DNA of 64,000 bases, taken from assembly GCA_017557885.1 (NCBI GenBank), contig JAFYXV010000003.1, positions 70,902 to 134,901 of the forward strand, in the 5' to 3' direction. Made by a program: the position numbers and the translations under genes. Position 1 is the first letter of the stretch; the number at the start of each line of letters is the position of its first letter. The notes below the pieces were generated by a model. That model saw only the letters and a program-made list of their open reading frames with translations. It was not told the DNA's origin and did no database searches. Source of the stretch: a bacterium (GTDB lineage Bacteria > Auribacterota > UBA3054). Of the stretch, positions 19,021 through 29,256 are shown one piece after another.

Positions 19021-20207
19021 ATTATTTCTTTGGCGGCTTTGGTTCCGAGGTCACCCTCGCCCAAGGAGGCTTTGACAGCTTTAAGGTCGCTGACCGTTTT
19101 GTCGTAGGCGGATCTGTCTTCCAGATATTTGTTGGCCCAGGGGACTATGCGTTCCGGAGTCATCTGGTACTGGATGAATTCCTGGACGATGCGTCTTTGG
19201 GCGATGATGTTGGCAAGGTTGATGAAGGGGATCTTCATGGCGATGCGGGCCAGGAAGAAGGAAATGTAGTTGAGGTAATAGAGGACAAGGATAGGCTTCT
19301 CCATCAGGGCGGCCTCAAAGGCCGCGGTGCCGGAAGTTACGAGGACGAGCTTGCTGAGGTGCACGATGTCGTACATGGATCCGTCTATAAGGCGGTAGCA
19401 GTTCTCATCAAAATTTCGGAGAGCGGCTTGAAGCATAGGCTTGAGGTTCGGCCTGGCGCAGGAGATGAGGAAGAAAACGTCGGGGTGAGTTTTCTTGATG
19501 GCATCCGCACTTTTTAGCATGGTGGGGAAGATCCATTTGATCTCGTTCTCGCGGCTGCCGGGCAAGAGGGCTATGAGTTCTCTGCCGTTCGGAATATTGT
19601 TTTTGGCTTGGAAATCCTGATCCGGCTGGAATTCTTTTATCTTGTTGATGATCCAATGCCCGATATGCCTGACCTTCATTTTGCTGGGCTTGTTGAATTT
19701 GTGCTCGGTGATGGAGAGCGTGTCGTTTTCTACTTTCCATTCGCCGCCTTTCTCATAGACGTCCACTTCGAATGGGAACATGACCATCATAAGGGAAATG
19801 CATTCCCTTATGGCGTTGATCCTCGAGTGGCCCCAGGCCCAGATCTGCGGGGAGACAAGGTAGATCAAAGGAAGGTCGGGATAGAGCTTGTGGAGCTTTT
19901 TGGCCAGCGCTAAGTTGAAGCCGGGATAGTCGATGAAGACTACGGCGTCCGGGCGGTTTTCCTTGACGTTTTGGAGAACGGAGTTGTAAACGCGCCTGAT
20001 CCTCGGATAATGCTTGATGACCTCGATGACGCCGATGACGGAAAGCTCGGTGATGTTGTGGGTAAGCGTTAGGCCGGCTTTTTCCATCTCCGGTCCGCCG
20101 ATGCCGTAAAGTTCCAGATCAGGCCTGGAATCTTTAAGGGCTTTGACGGCGTGGGCGCCGCAGATGTCGCCGGATGTTTCGCCGGCAATGAAGAAGATCT
20201 TGGGCAT
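19002..20207 (-). CDS. lpxB: Lipid-A-disaccharide synthase
   Basis: It has LpxB N-terminal motifs (IAGETSGD...) and the length of a GT19 family protein. Confidence 0.85.
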   Translation of the reverse strand: MPKIFFIAGETSGDICGAHAVKALKDSRPDLELYGIGGPEMEKAGLTLTHNITELSVIGVIEVIKHYPRIRRVYNSVLQNVKENRPDAVVFIDYPGFNLALAKKLHKLYPDLPLIYLVSPQIWAWGHSRINAIRECISLMMVMFPFEVDVYEKGGEWKVENDTLSITEHKFNKPSKMKVRHIGHWIINKIKEFQPDQDFQAKNNIPNGRELIALLPGSRENEIKWIFPTMLKSADAIKKTHPDVFFLISCARPNLKPMLQAALRNFDENCYRLIDGSMYDIVHLSKLVLVTSGTAAFEAALMEKPILVLYYLNYISFFLARIAMKIPFINLANIIAQRRIVQEFIQYQMTPERIVPWANKYLEDRSAYDKTVSDLKAVKASLGEGDLGTKAAKEIICLLNL

Positions 20208-20596
20208 TAGGGACGTCCTTTGATCTTGATTATCGAATCAACGAGCATATAGATGCCGGCTATGATCGTGAAGATGGAAAAGTAAAGTTTCAAGTGCAGG
20301 CTGTCGAGGTTCTTGGCGATGAGGCTTGCCAGGTAGCTGAAGACAAGCATCAATACGACAAGAGCACAGGCGATCTTTATGTCCACCCAGCCTTTCTTGT
20401 AGTACTCCCAGACGGCAAAGAAAGTTACGGGAGGAAGCATGATAGCAAGGCTTGTAGCCACGGCCTGGTGCTGGCTGAACTTGCAGAAGTAAACGAGACA
20501 GGGGACAAGGATAAGGCCTCCGCCGATGCCGAAGAAGCCCGAGGCGAAGCCGGCGCAGGCGCCGATAAGGATTATGATTAACCAGTTGGTTGCCAT
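20207..20596 (-). CDS. TauE/SafE-family membrane protein, half-size (single 4-TM repeat)
   Basis: It is 129 aa with 4 predicted TM helices and a GxGGG motif typical of TauE/SafE. It overlaps the lpxB start. Confidence 0.6.
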   Translation of the reverse strand: MATNWLIIILIGACAGFASGFFGIGGGLILVPCLVYFCKFSQHQAVATSLAIMLPPVTFFAVWEYYKKGWVDIKIACALVVLMLVFSYLASLIAKNLDSLHLKLYFSIFTIIAGIYMLVDSIIKIKGRP

Positions 20597-20597
20597 G

Positions 20598-23015
20598 TTA
20601 TTGCTTGCCGCCCAACTTTATGATGTAGGGCGAAATGAAGTTTATTCTCTGGGCGATGTTGAGCAGATGGTCGCCGATCCTTTCAATGTTGCCGATGGTG
20701 TCCAAAAATAGGATCGTGGCGTTGGGAGAACACTGCCCTGCTTCCAGGCGCTTAATGTGATTGGCGGAAAGCTTGCGGTGCATCTGGTTGAGATCCTGCT
20801 CCAAAGCCACGGCTTCTCCGGCCGCGTTGCGGTCGGCGTTCTCAAGGGCCTTTATTACCTGCTCAAACTGCTTTTGCAGAAGATTGTTGATCTCTATTAG
20901 CTCCCGGATGGCGGAGTCGGAAACGATTATCTGCTCTTCCGAGCGCTTCTGGGCCAGTTCGAAGATATTGATGGCAAGGTCGCCGATGCGTTCGATGTCA
21001 TGGGAGATGTGCATCAGTTCGGGAAGGAGAGCGATCTCGTCGTCGTTCAGCCCCTGTTTGGCAAGCGCCGCGGTGTAGCTTGTTATTTTTTTGTTCAGGG
21101 TGTTGATCTCTTCTTCGCGCTTCAGGATGTTTTTGCTGAAGCGGACGCTGCCCTCGCAGAAGCAGAGGAAGGCGTCGTCCACGTTCTTGTCGGCCCTCCT
21201 CAGCATGAAGAGGATCTCGGAGACGCTTTGCGAGAGTCCCAGGGCGGGAGTCTTCAAAAGGCGCTCGTCCAGGAAGGCGTACTCGGATTCTTCGCTTTCG
21301 CCTTTGACGGGGATGAGCTTCTCGCAGATCCAGGCCAAGGTTCCCGTGAAGGGCACAAGGACGATGACGTTGAGAACGTTGAAGACGGTGTTGGCCATGG
21401 CGACATGGCGGACGATGTTCTCATTGTGGCCGCCCAAAACTTCGCCGGCCGTCATGGCGTTGATGAGCGCGAGGAAAATAGGTTCTCCTTTCCAGAGAAT
21501 GTAAAACAAGGGCAGCATGAAGAGGGAACCGCCGACCTTGATGATAGTGTTGACGAGCGCGGCCCTCCTGGCTTTTCTGTTGGCGCCGATGGCGGCCAGA
21601 TTGGCGGTTATGGTCGTGCCGATGTTACAGCCCAGGACCAGCGGGAAGGATGTGTAGAAGTTGATGAGGCCGCTGCCGCAGAGAGCCATGACCACGCCGA
21701 TGGTGGCGGCGGAACTTTGGACTATCATTGTAGCTACCGTACCGATTATGAGGGCGGCGACGATATGTCCGAAGGGCATGTAGCCGTTGGCAGCGGGCGC
21801 ACAGTCGAAGGATCGGAAGACGTTGACGAAGGTAGGCGAAGTTCTAAGGGGAACGAGCGTCTGGTTCATCATGTCCATGCCGAAGAAGAGAAGGCCGAAT
21901 CCCATGATGACGTCGCCCCAGTGGCGGCCGACGGCCTTTTTGCTCATGAGACGGACAATAAGGCCAATAAGGACAGCAGGCAGGGCGATGTCGGTCAGCC
22001 CGAAAGCCATGATCTGGGGAGTGACGGTGGTGCCGATGCAGCTGCCGAAAATGACGCTGATGGCCTGCTCGAGGTTCATGAGGCCGGCGTTCACGAAGCC
22101 GACCACCATGACGGTGGAGGCGCTGCTGGATTGCACTATGGCCGTGATGACGGTGCCGACGACTATGCCGGTGAATTTGTTCTTGACGAAGAGCTGGAGA
22201 ATGCTTTTCAATCTGGCGCCGGCGACGCTCTGCAAGCCCTCCGACATCATGGTCATGCCGAGCAGGAAGAGCGCCAGACCGCCCAGAATCGCGATTATTA
22301 CGGAAGTGGTGTTGATGACGACGGATTGGAAATGCAATCCGCGCATGTTACTTACACCCGGCATCTCAACTTCCGCGATGACTTCCGTCTCGCCGGTAGT
22401 TTTGCCGGCTGTGATGAGAGTGCCGGCCGTGCCAGTCTCGTCGGTCACGGCTTCTCTGCAGGAAAGGTGGCATCCGGAGAAGGGGTCGATGAGAAAATGG
22501 ATGGGAACGCCTGACAAAGGCTTGCCGTCCTTATTATAGACCGTAATGGAAAGCATGTCCGGGCTCGTGCGGCCACTCAATATCTCCTGGCGGGTGTTGC
22601 GCAGGCAAAGGCCGGAGACTATCCTGAATTCGCAGCTGACGTCGCCGAAGGGCGATTCCGCTGCGACGCTGATATGATGGTCACCGGTTGTCTTGCCGAT
22701 GGCGATCTCCAGTTCCGCCGTGCCGCCGGCGTCAGTTGTTGCCGTCGGGCCGTTGGGGAAGGTGATCTCGGGATCGTTCTCGCGCTGGCTGAAAGTGACC
22801 TTGGCGCCTCCTATGGGATCGCGCTGCCCCTTGCCGCCCAATAGTCCCGGGATCATCGGACCTTCGACTTTGACTCTGAGGGTGACGTTGGTCTGGGGCG
22901 GGACGCAGACAACAGCTTCGGAAACGGGCGATATCAGCTCGGGAATGGCGTCCTCAGATTTGGAGCAGCCAAAGAGCAGCAGTGTGAGCGTTGCTAGAAG
23001 TAAGTAGCGCATCAA
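20598..23015 (-). CDS. Lipoprotein Na/Pi-cotransporter-family protein with N-terminal extracytoplasmic Ig-like domains and C-terminal PhoU-like domains
   Basis: It has a lipobox (LLFGC) and ~230 aa of beta-rich N-terminal region. The body contains two Na_Pi_cotrans repeats (QSSSAST, GCNIGTT). The C-terminus has two PhoU-like helical repeats (IERIGD x2). Confidence 0.8.
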   Translation of the reverse strand: MMRYLLLATLTLLLFGCSKSEDAIPELISPVSEAVVCVPPQTNVTLRVKVEGPMIPGLLGGKGQRDPIGGAKVTFSQRENDPEITFPNGPTATTDAGGTAELEIAIGKTTGDHHISVAAESPFGDVSCEFRIVSGLCLRNTRQEILSGRTSPDMLSITVYNKDGKPLSGVPIHFLIDPFSGCHLSCREAVTDETGTAGTLITAGKTTGETEVIAEVEMPGVSNMRGLHFQSVVINTTSVIIAILGGLALFLLGMTMMSEGLQSVAGARLKSILQLFVKNKFTGIVVGTVITAIVQSSSASTVMVVGFVNAGLMNLEQAISVIFGSCIGTTVTPQIMAFGLTDIALPAVLIGLIVRLMSKKAVGRHWGDVIMGFGLLFFGMDMMNQTLVPLRTSPTFVNVFRSFDCAPAANGYMPFGHIVAALIIGTVATMIVQSSAATIGVVMALCGSGLINFYTSFPLVLGCNIGTTITANLAAIGANRKARRAALVNTIIKVGGSLFMLPLFYILWKGEPIFLALINAMTAGEVLGGHNENIVRHVAMANTVFNVLNVIVLVPFTGTLAWICEKLIPVKGESEESEYAFLDERLLKTPALGLSQSVSEILFMLRRADKNVDDAFLCFCEGSVRFSKNILKREEEINTLNKKITSYTAALAKQGLNDDEIALLPELMHISHDIERIGDLAINIFELAQKRSEEQIIVSDSAIRELIEINNLLQKQFEQVIKALENADRNAAGEAVALEQDLNQMHRKLSANHIKRLEAGQCSPNATILFLDTIGNIERIGDHLLNIAQRINFISPYIIKLGGKQ

Positions 23016-25363
23016 TCTTTGGTCAGAAGGGTTATGCGTTGGGCGATATTGAGAAGGTGCCTGGTCATGCGGGACATTATGGTGACGGAGTCGTTGATGA
23101 GCACGGCGATCTTGATGGACCGCATGTCGCTCTGACCGCCGGCGGAGTATTCGCTTTGTATCTCGCTGTCCAGCTGCTGAAGGACTTTCTGGCGGATTAT
23201 AAGGGTGGCGGTGATGTCCTCCCTTTCCTCATTGCGGCCTTTGAGGGCCCGCAGGATCTCGCTGCAGTAAAGATCCATGGCGGAGAAGTAATCGTCTATC
23301 GGCTTGACGCTCTCCTTGTGCGCCAGAAGGTCTCTTTCCGCGCAGTTCTTGGCCATATGGAGGAAATTGACGGCAATGTCGCCGATCCTTTCGATGTCGT
23401 GGGCCACGTGGATGTAGGCCGGCACGCGTTCGGTGTTCTGTTTGTCAACGTTGTATTCCGAAAGCCAGGTCAGGAAAGAGCTGACGTCGCGCTGGAAGTC
23501 GTCGAGCTCATTCTCCATAGTTATGATCTCCATATCCTTGCTGAAATCATTTTCCATAAAAGCCGTGTAGGCGTAGCGCATCATGATCTGGCCTTTTTCC
23601 AGCGATTCGACGGTCAGCCTTCTAAGCTGCGCGAAGGCCAGATTCGGCGTCAAAAGAAGGCGGCTGTCGAGGACGTAGCTCTTCTCATTTTCCATCGCCT
23701 TGACGGGAATGATCCTTTCCGCGATCTTGACAAGGAGCGAGGAGAAGGGCAGAAGCAGAAGAGCCGTCATAACGTTGATCATGGTGTGGGCCATGGCGAC
23801 GTGCCTGCCAATCTCTTCGCCCGCGAAGGCGTCGCCGGGGCAGAAGGCGTCGAAGAAGATCAGTGCGAGGGAACGGCCGTTGAACTTAATGAAGAAACAG
23901 GCCGTGCCGAGGGCGACCGTGAAAAGATTTATGATCGTGTGGATGACGGCCACGCGGTGGGCGGCCCTCGACGTTCCCTTGGCGGATAGATGGACCGCGA
24001 TGGATTTGCCCAGATTGCAGCCCAAGATCAGGGGACAGATGGTCGCGAAATTCATCATGCCGGAGCAGGCCAGGATGATTACAGCGCCTACGGTGGCGGC
24101 GCTGCTTCTTAGGAGCGCGCTCACGGCGAAAGCCGCCAGGAAGGAGTAGAGGAAGGGCAGGGAACTTCCGCTCGAACAGTCGAAGATCTTGCCGATCTCA
24201 GAGAAATATTCGCTCCCGGCCAAGGGCGTCAAGGTTTCCTCAAGCAAGTAGAAAGCCAAAAAGATCGTGCCGAAGCCGAAGAAGATCCTGCTGAGCGCGT
24301 GCCAGAAGTCGCCGCGGCGCCCGGGAATCAACCTGAAGATCGCGCCAAGAATCAGAGCCGGCATGATGAGCGGGAAGAGCCGGCAGGCCATGATCTGAGG
24401 CGCGATGGTGGAGCCGATGTTGCAGCCGAGGATAAGAGGCACGGAAACGGAGAGGGCAAGCAGTCCGGCGTTTACAAACCCCACGACCATGTCGCTGGCG
24501 GCGCCGCTTGACTGCAGAATGGCGGTGACGAAAGCGGCCTTGAAAAGGTCCTGGAGCGGCCGGCGCTTTATGGAGTTGAAGAGGGCTTTCAGCTTCTCGC
24601 TGGCGGCGGTCCTAAGACCGAAGGACATGAAAACCAAACCGAGGTAGAAGAGCGAGAAGAAGCCGCAGAGTTTAAGAATGAGAGCGCCCTTGTCGATGGT
24701 CTGGACCGAAAAGGAGAAGCAGTCGTAGGAAGGGGCTTCGGCATGGATGAAACTCTTGCCGGATTGTTTGGCGCCCTTGATGTAAACTTTTGCAAGGCCT
24801 AAAGGATCGCTTTTTATATTTTCGGCGCTGAACTCCACTTTCGGGGAGGCGCCTTCGCAGAAGAAGTGCACGGGAACGCCCTCTTTGGGAGAGCCGTCCT
24901 CGTTGAAGAAGGTGAGCGCGACGGGTTCCTTGACGGAAAGCCCCTGCATGGCCTGCTGATGGTCGCCGGCTACGGAAACGCCCCAATTGAGGGCGAAGGT
25001 CGTTTCCTTCGTCGTGCCGTCCGGCAGGCGGAAATGCGCTCTCACATGGTGAGTCCCGGGGCGGGGTGAAACGGTGACGGCGGTTTTCGCGCTGCCGTTT
25101 TCATCGGAAACTGAAACGGCTTCATTTGGGAAAGAGACCGCCTCGTCCTGGGATTCGAATGTCACTTTGATGCCGGAAACGGGCTTGTCGTAAGAGTTCA
25201 GGACTTTTACCAGAAGTTCCTGAGGCTCACTTCCGTTGGCCAGATAACGGGATCCATCCTGCGCCTCAAGTCTGACCGGAACTCCGCCGCCTTTTTGGCA
25301 GGCGGAAAAAATAAGAAGCGCCGGCAGAAGCAGGATTGAAAGAAAGCGTTGGGAGATTTTCAA
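23012..25363 (-). CDS. Paralogous lipoprotein Na/Pi-cotransporter-family protein with N-terminal Ig-like domains and C-terminal PhoU-like domains
   Basis: It has the same architecture as the downstream gene: a lipobox (IFSAC) and Na/Pi repeats (QSSGAAS, GCNIGST; GCNLGKS). It also carries the PhoU-like IERIGD repeat. Confidence 0.8.
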   Translation of the reverse strand: MKISQRFLSILLLPALLIFSACQKGGGVPVRLEAQDGSRYLANGSEPQELLVKVLNSYDKPVSGIKVTFESQDEAVSFPNEAVSVSDENGSAKTAVTVSPRPGTHHVRAHFRLPDGTTKETTFALNWGVSVAGDHQQAMQGLSVKEPVALTFFNEDGSPKEGVPVHFFCEGASPKVEFSAENIKSDPLGLAKVYIKGAKQSGKSFIHAEAPSYDCFSFSVQTIDKGALILKLCGFFSLFYLGLVFMSFGLRTAASEKLKALFNSIKRRPLQDLFKAAFVTAILQSSGAASDMVVGFVNAGLLALSVSVPLILGCNIGSTIAPQIMACRLFPLIMPALILGAIFRLIPGRRGDFWHALSRIFFGFGTIFLAFYLLEETLTPLAGSEYFSEIGKIFDCSSGSSLPFLYSFLAAFAVSALLRSSAATVGAVIILACSGMMNFATICPLILGCNLGKSIAVHLSAKGTSRAAHRVAVIHTIINLFTVALGTACFFIKFNGRSLALIFFDAFCPGDAFAGEEIGRHVAMAHTMINVMTALLLLPFSSLLVKIAERIIPVKAMENEKSYVLDSRLLLTPNLAFAQLRRLTVESLEKGQIMMRYAYTAFMENDFSKDMEIITMENELDDFQRDVSSFLTWLSEYNVDKQNTERVPAYIHVAHDIERIGDIAVNFLHMAKNCAERDLLAHKESVKPIDDYFSAMDLYCSEILRALKGRNEEREDITATLIIRQKVLQQLDSEIQSEYSAGGQSDMRSIKIAVLINDSVTIMSRMTRHLLNIAQRITLLTKD

Positions 25364-25425
25364 AAGGTCCCCAAGGGTTTGATTTTTAAAAAGCGGAGCG
25401 GCATGCGCCGCTCCGCTTTCTTTTT

Positions 25426-28400
25426 TTAGTCAAGCTCTATTTCAGAGAGTTTCTGATAAAGCTTGAAGCGGCGTTCCATCAGTTTCGCGCCTTGAGCGAC
25501 CAGGGCTTCCGCGGTGGCGGGATCCTGGGCTTTCAGCTGACGGAAGCGGTTTTCGCCGAAGGCGTATTCGCTATAAGGAAGCGTCGGAGCCTTGCTGTCG
25601 AGCTGCAAGGGCTTGTCCAGCGTCGGATTGTAGCGATACAGCAGCCAGGCGCCGCTGTTGACAGCCTTCTGCTGTTCACGCAAGCCGGTGGTCATGTTGA
25701 TGCCGTGGGCAATGCAGTGAGCGTAGCAGATGATCAGCGACGGGCCGTCGTAGGCTTCGGCTTCGTTGAACGCCTTGACCGCCTGGGCGGGGTTGGCGCC
25801 CAAGGAAACGGAAGCGACGTAAACGTTGCCGTAGGTCATGGCGATCATGCCGAGGTCCTTCTTCGGCATTCTCTTGCCGCCGGCCGCGAAGAGGGCCTTG
25901 GCGCCAAGCGGAGTGGCCTTGGACATCTGGCCGCCGGTGTTACTGTAGACTTCCGTGTCGAGGACCAGGATGTTGACGTTCTTGCCGGAGGCGATGACGT
26001 GGTCGAGTCCGCCGTAGCCGATATCGTAAGCCCAGCCGTCGCCGCCAAGGATCCAGACGGACTTCTTGACGAGGTAGTCGGCGAGACTGTAGAGCTGCTT
26101 GGCTTCCTGCTTGTCGCACTTAGAGAGGCGCTCTTTGAGTTCGGCCACTCTGGCGCGCTGCTCTTCGATCTCAGTCTGGTTGGTCTGCGGAGCGTTCTTG
26201 ATGGCTTCAAGAAGCGGCTTGCACTCGGCGCTGCATTCGCAGGCGAGGAGCTTGTCGATCAGTTCGAGGGCGAAGCCTTTGAACTTGTCGACGCCCAGGC
26301 GCATGCCGAGACCGAATTCCGCGTTGTCTTCAAAGAGGGAGTTGGACCAGGCCGGGCCGCGGCCGTCAGCACGTTTGGCGTACGGCGTGGTCGGCAGGTT
26401 GCCGCCGTAAATGGAGGAGCAGCCCGTCGCGTTGGCGATCATGGCTCTGTCGCCGAAGAGCTGGGAGAGCAGTTTCACATACGGCGTCTCGCCGCAGCCG
26501 GCGCAGGCGCCGCTGTACTCGAAGAGCGGGCGGCGGAGCTGGCTGCCCTTGACGGTGGTCGGGTTGGCCAGTTCGGCTTTCGTTTCGGGGAGGTTGAGGA
26601 AGAAGGCGTAGTTCTTGGCTTCGGCTTCTCTCAAAGGCTCCTGCTTCTGCATATTGATGGCTTTCTTGCCTTCCTCGGTCTTAGACTTGGCGGGGCACAT
26701 CTCGACACAGGCGCCGCAGCCCGTGCAGTCTTCCGGAGCGATCTGGACCGTGAACTTCAGGCCGGCGAAAGCGGGCGTCTTGGCGTCCGTTGATTTGAAA
26801 GTCTCGGGAGCGCCTTCAGCGGCCTTGGGCTCGTAGGCTTTGATGCGGATGGCGGCGTGCGGGCAATACAGAGAGCACATGCCGCACTGGATACAAGTGG
26901 CGGGATCCCAGACCGGGATGTTGACGGCGATGTTGCGTTTCTCGTACTGAGTCGTGGCGGTCGGGAAGGTGCCGTCCACCGGCATGGCGGAGACAGGCAG
27001 ATCGTTGCCGTTGCCGGCGATCATGACGCCCGTCACTTTCTGGACGAATTCCGGAGCGTCGGCCGGGACGGCGGGCTTCATCGGTTTCTCGGTGTTGACG
27101 ACCATCTTGTCCTTCGGCATCTCGGAAACGGCCTGCAAGCCGGCGTCCACGGCCTTGTTGTTCATGGCCACGACGGCTTCGCCCTTCTTAGAGTAGGACT
27201 TGACGATGTATTCTCTGATCTTGGCGACCGCGGTCTCGGGATCCATGACCTTAGAGATCATGAAGAAGGCGGTCTGCAATATGGTGTTGGTGCGGCTGCC
27301 AAGGCCGATCTTCTCAGCTTCTTTGATGGCGTTGACCGTGAAGAAGCGGGCCTTCTTGGCGATCAGCTGTTCCTGGACCTTTTTCGGCAGGTGCTGCCAG
27401 GTCTCTTCCGCGGTGTCGTAGAGAGAGGAGACGAGGAAGATGCCGCCTTCTTTGAGGTTGGAAAGCATGTCGTACTTCTCAAGGAAGGAGTACTGGTGGC
27501 AGGCGATGAAGTCAGCCTTCGTGATAAGGTAAGCGCTGGCGATGGGGTTCTTGCCGAAGCGGAGGTGGGAGGTCGTCAGACCGCCGGCCTTCTTGGAGTC
27601 GTACACGAAGTAACCCTGGGCGTAGTTGTCGGTGTAGTTGCCGATGATCTTAATGGAGTTCTTGTTGGCGCCGACCGTGCCGTCACTGCCGAGGCCGTAG
27701 AACATGGCGCAATAGGTGTCGGTGTTCTCCTCAGCCTGCCAGGCAGGATCGTAGGGGAGAGACGTTCCCATAACGTCGTCATTGATGCCGATCGTGAAGT
27801 GATTCTTCGGCTCTTTGGCTTCCAGGTTGTCAAGGATGCCTTTGCACATGGCGTCGGTGAATTCCTTGCTGCCCAAGCCGTAGCGGCCGCCGACGATCGT
27901 CGGCATGGCGAATTTGGCCTTGCCGGTCTGGACGGCTTCGGCGATGGCGGAGCAAACGTCTTCGTAGAGAGGTTCGCCCTGGGAGCCGGGCTCTTTGGTG
28001 CGGTCGAGGACCGCGACGCGCTTGACGGTCGCGGGAAGAGCGGCCGCGAACAGTTCGCCGGCGAACGGACGGAAGAGGCGGACTTTCACAAGACCGACCT
28101 TCTTGCCCTGCTTGGCGAGAGCGGTCACGACTTCTTCCATCGTGCCGGCGCCGGAGCCCATGGCCACCACGACGTTCTCGGCTTCGGGATGTCCGACGTA
28201 CTCGTAAACTTTGTACTGGCGGCCGACGATCTTGGCGAATTCATCCATGGCGTCCTGCACGAGCTGCGGGCAGGCCTGGTAATATTTGTTGACGGTCTCG
28301 CGGCCCTGGAAGTAAACGTCAGGGTTCTGGGCGGTGCCGCGCATGGAGGGCCTGTCCGGGCAGAGGCCGCGCTTGCGGTTCTCTAAAACGAGGTCGAAGG

Positions 28401-28986
28401 GGATCATCTGCTTCATGTCTTCGTAGTCGAGGACTTCGATCTTCTGAATTTCATGAGAAGTACGGAAGCCGTCGAAGAAGTGCACGAAGGGGACTCTGCT
28501 GGTCAGAGTAGCTTTCTGGGCGATCAGAGCGAAGTCCATGACTTCCTGAACGGTGTTGGAGCAGAGCATGGCGAAACCGGTCTGGCGAACGGCCATGACG
28601 TCGGAGTGGTCGCCGAAAATGGAAAGGCCCTGGCAAGCCAAGGCGCGGGCGGTGACATGGAAGACCGTAGAGGTCAGTTCGCCGGCGATCTTGTACATGT
28701 TGGGGATCATCAGAAGAAGACCCTGGGAGGCCGTGAAGGTCGTGGTCAGGGCGCCGGAGGTCAGGGCGCCGTGGACGGCGCCGGAAGCGCCGCCTTCCGA
28801 CTGCAGCTCGGAAACAGAGGGGATCGTGCCCCAGATGTTCGGCTGATTGGCAGCGGATTTAGCGTCGGAAATTTCGCCCATCGGCGAAGAAGGCGTGATC
28901 GGGTAAATGGCGATCACTTCGTTCGTGGCGTGAGCCACATGAGCGGCAGCGGTGTTGCCGTCCATACACTCTTTTTTACGAGCCAT
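25426..28986 (-). CDS. nifJ: Pyruvate:ferredoxin (flavodoxin) oxidoreductase, single-polypeptide PFOR
   Basis: It is 1186 aa with a 2x[4Fe-4S] ferredoxin insert (CIQCGMCSLYCP...CTGCGACVEMCP). It has a TPP-binding C-terminal region (GGDGWAYDIG). Confidence 0.92.
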   Translation of the reverse strand: MARKKECMDGNTAAAHVAHATNEVIAIYPITPSSPMGEISDAKSAANQPNIWGTIPSVSELQSEGGASGAVHGALTSGALTTTFTASQGLLLMIPNMYKIAGELTSTVFHVTARALACQGLSIFGDHSDVMAVRQTGFAMLCSNTVQEVMDFALIAQKATLTSRVPFVHFFDGFRTSHEIQKIEVLDYEDMKQMIPFDLVLENRKRGLCPDRPSMRGTAQNPDVYFQGRETVNKYYQACPQLVQDAMDEFAKIVGRQYKVYEYVGHPEAENVVVAMGSGAGTMEEVVTALAKQGKKVGLVKVRLFRPFAGELFAAALPATVKRVAVLDRTKEPGSQGEPLYEDVCSAIAEAVQTGKAKFAMPTIVGGRYGLGSKEFTDAMCKGILDNLEAKEPKNHFTIGINDDVMGTSLPYDPAWQAEENTDTYCAMFYGLGSDGTVGANKNSIKIIGNYTDNYAQGYFVYDSKKAGGLTTSHLRFGKNPIASAYLITKADFIACHQYSFLEKYDMLSNLKEGGIFLVSSLYDTAEETWQHLPKKVQEQLIAKKARFFTVNAIKEAEKIGLGSRTNTILQTAFFMISKVMDPETAVAKIREYIVKSYSKKGEAVVAMNNKAVDAGLQAVSEMPKDKMVVNTEKPMKPAVPADAPEFVQKVTGVMIAGNGNDLPVSAMPVDGTFPTATTQYEKRNIAVNIPVWDPATCIQCGMCSLYCPHAAIRIKAYEPKAAEGAPETFKSTDAKTPAFAGLKFTVQIAPEDCTGCGACVEMCPAKSKTEEGKKAINMQKQEPLREAEAKNYAFFLNLPETKAELANPTTVKGSQLRRPLFEYSGACAGCGETPYVKLLSQLFGDRAMIANATGCSSIYGGNLPTTPYAKRADGRGPAWSNSLFEDNAEFGLGMRLGVDKFKGFALELIDKLLACECSAECKPLLEAIKNAPQTNQTEIEEQRARVAELKERLSKCDKQEAKQLYSLADYLVKKSVWILGGDGWAYDIGYGGLDHVIASGKNVNILVLDTEVYSNTGGQMSKATPLGAKALFAAGGKRMPKKDLGMIAMTYGNVYVASVSLGANPAQAVKAFNEAEAYDGPSLIICYAHCIAHGINMTTGLREQQKAVNSGAWLLYRYNPTLDKPLQLDSKAPTLPYSEYAFGENRFRQLKAQDPATAEALVAQGAKLMERRFKLYQKLSEIELD

Positions 28987-29148
28987 AGAGTTCCTTTTTT
29001 AATTTGGTGGTTAAAAAATAGTTTTACACGAATTATTAGTGATTATAGCAAAAGCCCTAAGGGGCAGGCAAGGCTTGCGGAGGAGAAAGACCACTTGATT
29101 TTTTCCCCGCCTTTTTGATACTATTACCTCACACTTATCTTGTGATGA

Positions 29149-29225
29149 GGGCGGCTAGCTCAGTTGGTTAGAGCGCATGCTCGACATGCATGAGGTCACT
29201 GGTTCAAATCCAGTGTCGCCCACCA
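29149..29225 (+). tRNA. tRNA-Val (anticodon GAC), with C at position 33
   Basis: I folded the cloverleaf by hand. It has a 7-bp acceptor with G6-U67, an AGCTCAGTTGGTTAGAGC D-arm, a TCGACAT anticodon loop, a TTCAAAT T-loop and a 3' ACCA. Confidence 0.75.
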
Positions 29226-29256
29226 TCTCCTTCCTTTTTAGACCAAAGCACTATTT

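Noticed and set aside
25426-28986. Possible in-frame TGA (selenocysteine) in redox enzymes (PFOR, HydA, NuoF)
   Set aside because: All three reading frames are uninterrupted. No SECIS-like stem-loop context was needed or seen.
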